A DNA stretch of 47,042 nucleotides from Bdellovibrionota bacterium FG-2 (lineage in GTDB: Bacteria; Bdellovibrionota; UBA1018): the NCBI GenBank assembly GCA_051382305.1, contig JBBCAV010000169.1, positions 1 through 47,042 on the forward strand. Direction: 5' to 3'. Below, piece by piece: positions 10,337-18,971 of the stretch (position 1 is the stretch's first letter; each line of letters opens with the position of its first letter). The notes under the pieces are model-generated. The model ran no database searches. It was given only the letters and a program-made list of their open reading frames with translations, and was not told where the DNA came from. The position numbers and the translations under genes are program-made.

Positions 10337-11292
10337 GCACGAGTTTCTTTTAGGTGTTTGGAAACACGCTCGGCTATGGCGTTTGCCGAAAGCCCATGTT
10401 TTTCGTAGAGTTCAACGGGTTCGCCGCTTTCGCCAAACATATCTTGAATCCCTACTTTGATAAGTGCGGGATGTGCGGAGAGTTTTGAAAGCGCATCAGC
10501 CATACAACTGCCAAGACCTCCGATGATTGAGTGATCCTCACTGCTTACAAGGAGTTTCAAACTTGGATGTTGTGAAAGCGTCTTGAAAAGGGTTTCTTCG
10601 TCAAAAGGCTTTAGGCAGTGGGCATTCCAAACGCAAGTCGCAATTCCCTGGGCTTGCAGTTTTTCTGCTGCGCCTACGGCTTCGGCGGTTCCTGCACCCG
10701 TCCCGATAAGCATCACTGTCGGGGCGGACTGTGCGGCCCGAATTTCCATGAGCTTGAGAGGCTGAAATTTCGCGTTGGTAGGATAAAGATCGGGGAGGTT
10801 TTGCCTTGTGAGTCTCAGGTAGGCAGGCCCCTTCCACGTTGTGACCAGATATTCCATGATGAGCTCAGTTTCGCGAGCGTCCATGGGCTGGAAAACTCCC
10901 ATCGTAGGCAGCGCACGCATCAGCGCTACATCTTCTAGCCCCATTTGGCTATGGCCATCATCCCCAATGCCGATACCAGAGTGCGTACCGATAAGGCGAA
11001 CATTGGCTTGAGAGTAGGCAACGCTCAAACGGATCGTGTCGTATCGACCCGTGAGAAAGCACCCAAAACTGCATAAAAATGGCAGTTTTCCCGCAAAGGA
11101 AAGTCCCGCGGCCGTGCCAATCATATTGGCCTCCGCAATGCCCATCTCAATGAATCGATCAGGGAACTTTTTTGCGAAAAGATCTGACTTGGTTGATTTA
11201 GAGAGGTCGGCATCTAGGACGATGATCTCTGGATGTTGTTCACCGAGTTTTGCGAGTGCTTCACCAAAGGCTTGTCGTGTTGCTTTTGCCAT
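10333..11292 (-). CDS. Transketolase C-terminal subunit
   Basis: DADLSKST, GIAEANM, DGHSQ, EDHSIIGGLGS, FGESG. Confidence 0.93.
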   Translation of the reverse strand: MAKATRQAFGEALAKLGEQHPEIIVLDADLSKSTKSDLFAKKFPDRFIEMGIAEANMIGTAAGLSFAGKLPFLCSFGCFLTGRYDTIRLSVAYSQANVRLIGTHSGIGIGDDGHSQMGLEDVALMRALPTMGVFQPMDARETELIMEYLVTTWKGPAYLRLTRQNLPDLYPTNAKFQPLKLMEIRAAQSAPTVMLIGTGAGTAEAVGAAEKLQAQGIATCVWNAHCLKPFDEETLFKTLSQHPSLKLLVSSEDHSIIGGLGSCMADALSKLSAHPALIKVGIQDMFGESGEPVELYEKHGLSANAIAERVSKHLKETRA

Positions 11293-11297
11293 TTCTA

Positions 11298-12113
11298 TTA
11301 TTTCCTTCTCGCAATGATTTCAGCTTTTGCTTTTTCGAACTGTTCCGGTTTTGGGGCTGAACCATGCCACTCGGCTTTGCCTTCCATAAATGAAACGCCT
11401 TTACCTTTTACGGTTCGAGCGAGAATCAGGGTGGGGCTGTCACTCTTGGTGCGAAGAGCGGCCAAAATTTCGGTCATATCGTGGCCATTGATTTCGATGA
11501 CGTTCCAACCAAAGGCTTCCCACTTATCAGCGAGCGGCTCAAGGGGCATTACTTCCTCCGTGGGTCCGTCAATTTGACCCCCATTGGCATCAAGGATGGC
11601 GCAAAGATTGGAGAGCCCAAACTTGGGGGCGGACATTGCGGCTTCCCAAATCTGTCCTTCTTGAATTTCGCCATCACCCAAAAGGCAAAACACGCGTGAG
11701 GATTTTCCGTCCATCTTAAATCCTAGTGCGAGGCCCTGAGCGACTGAGAGTCCCTGGCCCAAGGAGCCAGTCGAAGCTTCGAGGATCGGCATTCGTACGC
11801 GATCGGGGTGACCTTGAATGCGGCTTCCTGTTCTTCTTAGTGTCTTGAGTTCTTCGATGGGGAAGAAGCCTTTTTTCGCCAAAACAGCGTAAAGGGCAGG
11901 CACAGCGTGCCCTTTTGAGAGAATGAATCGATCCCGGTCTGGGGAGAGATTCTGGGGGTCGACCCCTTGCATCTCAGAAAACCAAAGCGCGGTAATCAGA
12001 TCGATAGAGGAGAGGCTGCCTCCCGGGTGGCCTGACTTGGCCTCCGTGATCATATCGAGGATCAGGATTCTCATTTCATCGGCCAGGGCTGCGAGTTGTT
12101 CTGGAGTTTGCAT
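11298..12113 (-). CDS. Transketolase N-terminal subunit
   Basis: SGHPGGSLS, DRFILSKGH, TGSLGQG, GDGE TPP motif, TVKGKG; start chosen at MQTPEQL because the longer ORF overlaps the MFS gene. Confidence 0.93.
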   Translation of the reverse strand: MQTPEQLAALADEMRILILDMITEAKSGHPGGSLSSIDLITALWFSEMQGVDPQNLSPDRDRFILSKGHAVPALYAVLAKKGFFPIEELKTLRRTGSRIQGHPDRVRMPILEASTGSLGQGLSVAQGLALGFKMDGKSSRVFCLLGDGEIQEGQIWEAAMSAPKFGLSNLCAILDANGGQIDGPTEEVMPLEPLADKWEAFGWNVIEINGHDMTEILAALRTKSDSPTLILARTVKGKGVSFMEGKAEWHGSAPKPEQFEKAKAEIIARRK

Positions 12114-12222
12114 TCTCAATAGATCGCACAGCTTGGGGAGATAAAAAAGCACGTTACAATGTTGTGGCGCGGCATTTATAATCATTGCTGCGGCCTGCAA
12201 TGCTTGGTAGATTTGGAGTAAT

Positions 12223-13656
12223 ATGCCGCGAAAATGGTGGGTCCTCGTTTCAGTGGCCTGCGGTACGTTTATGGCCACCTTGGACTCGAGCATTGTGAAT
12301 ATTGCGCTGCCTACGCTTACCCAAGAGCTGGGCGTTGATTTGCCTCAAGTCAAATGGGTTGTGATCATCTATTTACTGGTCATTACGTGTCTGCTTCTGC
12401 CTTTTGGCCGGATTTCCGATCAGTTTGGCCGGAAGCGAGTTTTTCAACTTGGATTTTTCTTTTTTACAATAGGTTCCATTCTGTGTGGTTTGTCCTCGAG
12501 TTTGCAGGGGTTGGTTCTCTCTCGCGCTTTTCAGGCGATGGGGGCCGCGATGCTTATGGCCAATGGACCCGCGATTATTACCGCGTGTTTTCCCTCAAAC
12601 GAAAGAGGAACCGCTCTTGGGACGATGGGCATGGTCGTGAGCGCAGGCTTGATTTCGGGTCCGAGTATCGGCGGAATTTTGATTGGACATTGGAGCTGGC
12701 CCAGCATTTTCTTGGTCAATGTTCCGATCGGGTTTATCGGAATTTTTTTGGTTCAAATTTTTGTGGATGCGACGGTGGCGGGGCAAGGCACCCAAAAGTC
12801 GCCTCGTGCTATGCGCCCGCCCTTTGATTGGGCTGGGGCCATTCTGCAAATGATTTTACTGATTTCATTTATAGTTCTTTTTGATCCGCCGAGCCTTTCA
12901 ATTGCAGGTAACCTTCCGTTTGCCGTTCCTCGTTTAGCGCTCCTGGCGATTGTGGTGGTCGTAGGGGCGATTTTCGTGAAAGTCGAATCGCGGGCGCCTG
13001 CACCTCTTTTTGATCTTGCACTCTTGAAGGTCAGGTCGTTTTGGACAGGAAACTTGGCAAGTTTTCTCACGTTTGTTTCCTTTTCTTCTGTTTCGGTTTT
13101 GATGCCGTTTTTTCTTCAGAACGTTTTGCATTTTAGTCCAAAACTCACGGGCGTATTTATGACCGCAGTGCCTTTGATGATTTTCGTTGTAGCGCCCATT
13201 AGCGGTCGCCTTTCTGATCGGATGGGAAGTCGAGGCTTGAGCGCGGCGGGCGCCTTGATTGGCGCGATGAGTGTATTTGGAATGGCTGGACTTTTTGGCG
13301 ACGGAATCACCGAGCATGTGAGCCGTGCAGGAATCATCTTTGCTTTGGGTTCAGTGGGGCTGGCGACGGGTTTGTTTCAATCGCCAAACAACAATTCAAT
13401 CATGGGCGCCGTGCCACTGTCTAAACTTGGAGTGGCATCGGCTCTTCTTGCGACGATTCGAAACTTGGGGCTTGTCACGGGGACCGGGCTTGCGACAAGC
13501 TTGTTTTCTTGGGAAATGCAGGTGACGGGGAGTTTCGTGACTGCAATGCATTTTGCCCTTTTTGTTGCTGGGGTATTGGGGGCAGGAGCCATGATGGCTT
13601 CTTTGGGAAAACGCAAAGAAGGAGTAATTCGTGGGAAAACGCCGGAAAAAGGATGA
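12223..13656 (+). CDS. MFS transporter, DHA2 (EmrB/QacA-like)
   Basis: LDSSIVNIALP, GRISDQFGRKR motif A, GPSIGG; about 14 TM segments. Confidence 0.92.
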   Translation: MPRKWWVLVSVACGTFMATLDSSIVNIALPTLTQELGVDLPQVKWVVIIYLLVITCLLLPFGRISDQFGRKRVFQLGFFFFTIGSILCGLSSSLQGLVLSRAFQAMGAAMLMANGPAIITACFPSNERGTALGTMGMVVSAGLISGPSIGGILIGHWSWPSIFLVNVPIGFIGIFLVQIFVDATVAGQGTQKSPRAMRPPFDWAGAILQMILLISFIVLFDPPSLSIAGNLPFAVPRLALLAIVVVVGAIFVKVESRAPAPLFDLALLKVRSFWTGNLASFLTFVSFSSVSVLMPFFLQNVLHFSPKLTGVFMTAVPLMIFVVAPISGRLSDRMGSRGLSAAGALIGAMSVFGMAGLFGDGITEHVSRAGIIFALGSVGLATGLFQSPNNNSIMGAVPLSKLGVASALLATIRNLGLVTGTGLATSLFSWEMQVTGSFVTAMHFALFVAGVLGAGAMMASLGKRKEGVIRGKTPEKG

Positions 13657-14698
13657 GGACCTCACCCCTGAAGAAGCGATTGCTGCCGCAAAAAAGGAGC
13701 TAACACCTTATTGGTTCAACTCCCCGCCGCTGTATGCGGCGGTCAAGACTCCAAAAGGACTGTTGGTTTTTCCGCTTTCTCGAAATGCAAAGGATCTCGC
13801 GATTCCTGTTTTGGTTATCGCGTTGGATTTGATGGATTATGCGGGTCGAGAGGCTATCCATTATGTCAAGGAATGGTATTCGCGCTATGCGAGTGTGGGG
13901 CTCCAGATGACGGTTATTCTGAGACCTACTTATCCCTTTGTGCGAACGCCGGCGTTGATTCAGCAATTTATTCGGCGAGAAACGTTTCAGGTTCCCATTG
14001 TTCTAGATCATGACGGGTTTTATTCCGAAGCTTTCGGAATAACAAAGTACCCTAAGATTCGTTTAATGCATTGGGGAAATGTGATTCTCGAGCAAGATGG
14101 CAAGGATTGGTCTAGCAATATCGAGACGAAAATCCATAGCTTTTTGCGGGCCCAGGATCCGGGATTGCCGCTCCATAAAGTTTATGTGCCTGAGCAACCT
14201 TTTGCCCAAGACCTGGGAGGGATGGAATTTGGAAAAACGGGCGGAGTAATGTTTCCTCTTCCTGGTTTTCAAAAGGCGCAAGGTGCTTTTCTTGTGGGTC
14301 AATTTAAGGGGCCACGTCCTGCCTGGGTAGAAAAAGGAGAGGTGTTTCTTTCAGGAAAGTGGATTCAAGATGGAGATCGAATTGCGACGTCTGACCCGAC
14401 TGCCACGTTAGGGCTTCAGGGGTTGGCTCCTCGTCTTTCGTTTGTCGCCCAGTGTTTGGGGAAGCCTGGTGACACGAGCCGAGTGATTATCGAGCTTGAG
14501 AAGGCTCCTATGGTGGATGTTTTTTATGGAAGCGATTTGACTACGGATGATGAAGGTCGTGCGTTGATAAAAGTGGATACGGGTCGACTCTATCATGCGC
14601 TTCATCGCCTTCCTGAGGAGAATCGCGAAATCACTTTGAAGTTTCCGAATGCGGATAAAGCCCCGGTTGCGATTTATGGGGTGAGGTTCGGGAGTTAG
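13631..14698 (+). CDS. DipZ-like thioredoxin-fold protein lacking CXXC
   Basis: WFNSPPL, YVKEWYSRYASVGL, PIVLDHD and GRLYH resemble the DipZ redoxin and C-terminal domains; DYAG sits at the CXXC position. Confidence 0.65.
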   Translation: MGKRRKKDEDLTPEEAIAAAKKELTPYWFNSPPLYAAVKTPKGLLVFPLSRNAKDLAIPVLVIALDLMDYAGREAIHYVKEWYSRYASVGLQMTVILRPTYPFVRTPALIQQFIRRETFQVPIVLDHDGFYSEAFGITKYPKIRLMHWGNVILEQDGKDWSSNIETKIHSFLRAQDPGLPLHKVYVPEQPFAQDLGGMEFGKTGGVMFPLPGFQKAQGAFLVGQFKGPRPAWVEKGEVFLSGKWIQDGDRIATSDPTATLGLQGLAPRLSFVAQCLGKPGDTSRVIIELEKAPMVDVFYGSDLTTDDEGRALIKVDTGRLYHALHRLPEENREITLKFPNADKAPVAIYGVRFGS

Positions 14699-14708
14699 TT
14701 CGGCTGCC

Positions 14709-15862
14709 CTAGTATTTCGGGAGCTCTTCAAGAAGAAATTTTGACCAGGGCATGACTAAGATCGAGTCATCTTCATCGTCTCGGTAAGGATGATCTGCGG
14801 TGCAGATGAGATAAAGTGGAAGTTTTGGATATTCTTCCCGCAGGAGCCTTAGGTTTCGAAAATGCTCCTTATTGGGCTTGTTGAAACTTTTGATTTCTGC
14901 TGCGAAGAGGGGGCGCTTACCACGGGCAGTTAGGAGATCGACTTCTGCTTTTTCCACTTGAGGTCTCCACGAATACAATTGGATGTCGCGACCCTCATAA
15001 TCGACTCGGGCACGAACTTCGTTGATGATCCATTGCTCAAAAAGACGTCCTCTGAGAGAGGGGTCTAGAGGATCTAAAAGGCGGGACAAGATCGCGCAGG
15101 TGACGCCGTTGTCAAAAAAATAGAATTTCGGATGCGCCGCGAGCTGTTGTCGTTTGCTCTCGGACCAGCTTCGGAGCCGAAAGCCAATGAGTGTATCTTC
15201 TAAGATTTCAAAATAGTTTTGCGTGGTCTTCGGAGACTGCCCGCAACTTCTGCCGACGTTGGAATAATTTAAGACTTCGGTAAAACTTTGAGCGGCAACA
15301 TCCAAGAAGTGGGCAAACTGCGGGAGGCTTCTTGTTAATCCCTCGGCTTGAATTTTCTCTTTTGAGGTCTGGTTCTTTTTCAAAGACTCCAGGCAAACTG
15401 CCAAATTTAAGCAGCTCATCTAAGTCTGTATTCTCAATTGTAGGAAGTACTTCGGGCAGGATAAACGGGTACATTCGTTTTGAGAGCGCGCGGCCGGCAA
15501 GGAGATTTACGGAGTTTCTTTTCAATTTTCTTGCACTTGAGCCCGTCAGGATAAATCGAGAGCCCGGGAGTTCTTCAAGGAGGGCGTGAACCTCATTTAA
15601 GAGTTCTGGAATCTTCTGAACCTCATCAATAATGACTGTCAGATCCGCTCCGCTTTTGGGCTTGTTTTGAAAACGAAAGAGAGCCTCTTTTCGAAAGAGG
15701 GCTGGGTCTTTTGAGTATTTCAAATACTCCGAGGTCAAAAGCAGGTTGAGATACCACGCTCCAGGAAACCGATTCCTGACATAGCTTGTTTTCCCGGTTT
15801 GGCGAGGACCGAGGAGCAGATAGGAGGCGTCGCTGCGAAGCGTCTATAAATCTTGAAATCAC
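14709..15862 (-). pseudogene. AAA_14/DUF4143 ATPase pseudogene with two frame breaks
   Basis: Fragments are GTG-ISRFI | LLLGPRQTGKT...IIDEVQK...LTGSSARKL...GSLP | IQAEGL...PKFYFFDNG...EVDL...AEIKS; breaks fall near 15844 and 15355. Confidence 0.85.
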
Positions 15863-15948
15863 ATTACAAGATTTTAGCATTTTTTGTAATACGGATACAA
15901 CATATTGCTGTGTGTCCGTAAAGGTCTGTTTTGATTGTGTTTTATTCA

Positions 15949-16287
15949 TTAACCCAATGAGAACGACTTCTTGAATGCGTCGATCACTTGAGATGCGTCC
16001 TTTGAGCCAAGGCGGCCAGCGCGCTCCAGTAGGAGTCCATTGTCCAGGGTGAACGTTTTCATTCTTACGACACAATCTTTATGTAGGCCGGCCTCGGCGA
16101 GGCTCGATACGGGCACGTCAAAATGCCACTTGCTTTTGTGGGCGCTGGTAATCATGAGTAGCACGCTATTTTCATTACCCTTGTTGAAGCTCTTGCTTGA
16201 GATCACGAGAGCTTTTCTCTTTTTCGATTTTGGTAAATCACTGAATGGAAATGGGACCACAACAACATCGAACTGTTCACAAATCAT
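15949..16287 (-). CDS. PemK/MazF family toxin
   Basis: FDVVVVPFPFSD...KKRKALVIS...MITS; overlaps the antitoxin stop. Confidence 0.9.
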   Translation of the reverse strand: MICEQFDVVVVPFPFSDLPKSKKRKALVISSKSFNKGNENSVLLMITSAHKSKWHFDVPVSSLAEAGLHKDCVVRMKTFTLDNGLLLERAGRLGSKDASQVIDAFKKSFSLG

Positions 16288-16498
16288 CGTCTTCAGTTCC
16301 TTTCCATTCGGACAGCGTAGATTCGATCGCACGCGACCATTCCATATCTACTTTTTGGAGCTTTCGAACGCGGACCACATTATCTGACTCAATCTCGTAA
16401 AAAAGGAGGTCGCCGTCGTGGAGCTCCAATGATTTTCTAACCTCGGACGGGATGGTTGTTTGTCCCTTGGCTGTGAGCCGACTAGTAAGTGGTTTCAT
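16277..16498 (-). CDS. AbrB/MazE family antitoxin
   Basis: RLTAKGQTTIPSEVRKSLELHDGD; C-terminal SEW...EDD..L. Confidence 0.9.
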   Translation of the reverse strand: MKPLTSRLTAKGQTTIPSEVRKSLELHDGDLLFYEIESDNVVRVRKLQKVDMEWSRAIESTLSEWKGTEDDDL

Positions 16499-16509
16499 AA
16501 ATCCTTACC

Positions 16510-16550
16510 TCCTTACATGTAAGGATATCTTGCTTGCAGACCGGCGTCAA
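16510..16550 (-). promoter_or_regulatory. TA promoter with palindromic operator
   Basis: TTGACG (16550-16545)-17nt-TATCCT (16527-16522), overlapped by the perfect 16-bp palindrome TCCTTACATGTAAGGA (16510-16525). Confidence 0.75.
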
Positions 16551-16668
16551 GAGGTGAAAAGTAAAGGGAAGTCGGGTCGGGGGGGCGCGACATCTGATTA
16601 CATTTGTAATCGCTTTGATTAAAACCACATTGCGCATGATGTTATAGTGAGTTAAAACCCCACTCGTT

Positions 16669-17562
16669 ATGAAGAACGAGCTAGAAACACAAGAGATTGT
16701 CCTTGAAACCACTTCAAAAGAAGCGGCCTCACAAAGTCCCGCTGAGTTTTTGCGAGGACTGTTCCTTGAGCGGAAACAACGCAATCTAGCTTACTCGACC
16801 CGGGCTTTCGCTCGCGATTTGGGAATGAGTCAGGCCCTAGTGAGTTTGGTCATGAACGGCAAACGCCCCCTGACGATCAAGCAGGCGGCGCAGATCAGCG
16901 TCCTATTTGGCTTTTCAAAGGAGCAAGCCGAGAGCTTCATTGAGAACACACTGCTTGCTCTGCCCGCCAACGCCAAAATGGCTAAACGTCTTCGTCAGGC
17001 AAAACTTAAGGGCGAAAATCGCGCCCCAGTCTACAAGAATTACGAGCTAGAACGCTTCAAAGCGATCGGTCAGTGGTACCACTTGGCCATTCTTGATCTC
17101 ACTACGACAAAATGGTTTCGCAGCAACTTGGCTTGGATTGCTCGCAGGCTGGGCATCAGTACAATCGAAGCGCGGGACGCTGTGACTCGCCTTTTAGACA
17201 TGGGCCTACTAGAACAGAAGGACGGTAACCTTCATAAAACGGCAAACAAAATCTATTTTGCCACGAAACGCTCGGAACCGGCTGTACGCAGTTTTCATCA
17301 GCAGATGATTGGTAAAGCTCTCGAACAGCTTCAGCACACGGATGATGAGGCTTTCGATGCTCGTCAGATCTCGTCGATGACGATGGCAATTCCAAAGAGT
17401 TCGCTCGCCTTGGCTAAAGAGCGAATTCAGGCCTTTCAAAAAGAACTAGCTACCCTTCTTTGTGTGGGTGATTGTGACGAAGTCTATCAGCTAAATATTC
17501 AAATGTTTCCGCTAACCAAATCAACTGAAAACAAATCTAAGAAAGAGGGGGATTTAAAATGA
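16669..17562 (+). CDS. TIGR02147 / DUF4423 HTH regulator
   Basis: RNLAYSTRAFARDLGMS HTH, WYHLAILDL, VRSFHQQMI, EVYQLNIQMFPLT. Confidence 0.88.
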   Translation: MKNELETQEIVLETTSKEAASQSPAEFLRGLFLERKQRNLAYSTRAFARDLGMSQALVSLVMNGKRPLTIKQAAQISVLFGFSKEQAESFIENTLLALPANAKMAKRLRQAKLKGENRAPVYKNYELERFKAIGQWYHLAILDLTTTKWFRSNLAWIARRLGISTIEARDAVTRLLDMGLLEQKDGNLHKTANKIYFATKRSEPAVRSFHQQMIGKALEQLQHTDDEAFDARQISSMTMAIPKSSLALAKERIQAFQKELATLLCVGDCDEVYQLNIQMFPLTKSTENKSKKEGDLK

Positions 17563-18486
17563 AACCAATGAAAGGTTTGGGCCATGCTTTGATGGCTATC
17601 GGGATAGTGACAACGGCAACGTCTCTAAGCTTCGCGGTGGAAAAGAATGGCAAGACGGTGAATTTGGACAAAATCAGATTCAAAAAAATTTCAGCCACCA
17701 CCAATTGCAAAACTACGAACCATTCCCGGGCAACTTCAGAAGGAGGGAGCAGTGGGGTCGGAAGTGGCGGCGATGGTGTTAGGGCTGAGGGAACACGGGC
17801 TGAGGGAACACGGACTAAGCGCGGAGTCCCTTCTTACAAAGTTGGCTCAAGCCAAATAGGATGTAAATGTTCAATTTACAGATGAGGCTGTGGTTATCGA
17901 CAACGTTGCCCGGACCTGTGTCAACTTTTCAGATGAAAAACTGATCCGTTGCAACAACGATCGGTGGAATAAGACTGAAGGACAAAAAACGTACGGTGTG
18001 GTCTTTCACGAATACTTGGGTATTTTGGGCTATGAAAGCAATAACGGTGACTATTCTCAATACCCTGTTTCAAGCGCGATTATGCCTGTTATTTATAGTA
18101 CGCAAAAATTTGAACTCGGTATGGATCGCCAGCCTAAACCTAAGGCAGAACTCCTGGGGAGAGTCGTATCAACCTATGAAGCGCCAAAAGAATATTGTGC
18201 TAAAGGTAAAAATGAGGATCTATGCCCAATGACTTACGGCAAGGCAGAAGAATACTGCAACTCCATTGGCCGCCGCCTCCCTAATTTGGATGAACTTCAG
18301 GATGCGTATAGCATAAACGGGGCTTTTCAGCGTCCTTCAGGTGAAGAGGGCAATCATTGGTTTTGGATTTTCCAAGGCTTTGCCAATGACTGGGCAGACG
18401 TGTTTGATGGTGACAGTGGCGATATTGGCGCTGGCCTCCGTATTCACCACGGTTTCGTTCGATGTATAAATATTAGTCAGCAATAA
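17559..18486 (+). pseudogene. Disrupted secreted protein with HE-motif domain and C-terminal C-type-lectin (DUF1566/FGE-like) domain
   Basis: Signal peptide and GGSSGVGSGGD in ORF 17559-17885; frame resumes at 17860 (DVNVQFTDEA...FHEYLGILG...MTYGKAEEYCNSIGRRLPNLDEL...WFW...VRC). Confidence 0.65.
17782..17811 (+). repeat. Tandem 15-bp duplication GGGCTGAGGGAACAC x2
   Basis: Seen directly at the point where the ORF loses protein-like character. Confidence 0.85.
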
Positions 18487-18515
18487 CCCTAGCGATAAAG
18501 CGAGAGGGCTTTTAT

Positions 18516-18971
18516 ATGAAAAAATCCGGTAAAAAATGGTCCGCAAGTTTCCTAATCCCGGTGCTGTTCTGTGTTGGATTTCAATCCACGCCTGCCAAGG
18601 CAATTGTTGGGGGGATGAGTTTATACGATCAATTCACTCCGCATTCCGGCACTGACGAGGCGTACGCTTTCCTTCTTTTGTTAATGGGAACAATTATACT
18701 TGAGGATACGGGTGGTCAAGTCGCCTTGAGTCCAGTTTCGGCTGAAAATTTAAAGCTTATTCCCGACATTACCGAAGATGAACGGGAAGCCTATAATGAG
18801 TATTTGCCGGAACTTAATGCGCTAGCCGAGTCATTTGGAAAGCTGGCTCTTAGCAAAGGGGTGTCAGCCCAACAGCTCGATGAACAACGAGATTCATTCT
18901 TGAGCGAATTGCCAATTCCTGCCGGCGATGCCCTCAAAAAAATTACAAAACATATTGCTGGCAAATACTAA
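18516..18971 (+). CDS. Hypothetical secreted protein, paralogue of 40935-44038
   Basis: Signal peptide ending PAKA; hydrophobic segment followed by IILED...AYNEYLPELNA. Confidence 0.75.
   Translation: MKKSGKKWSASFLIPVLFCVGFQSTPAKAIVGGMSLYDQFTPHSGTDEAYAFLLLLMGTIILEDTGGQVALSPVSAENLKLIPDITEDEREAYNEYLPELNALAESFGKLALSKGVSAQQLDEQRDSFLSELPIPAGDALKKITKHIAGKY

Noticed and set aside
17782-17811. CRISPR repeat (GGGAACAC ending)
   Set aside because: Only two abutting 15-bp copies, with no spacers and no cas genes.
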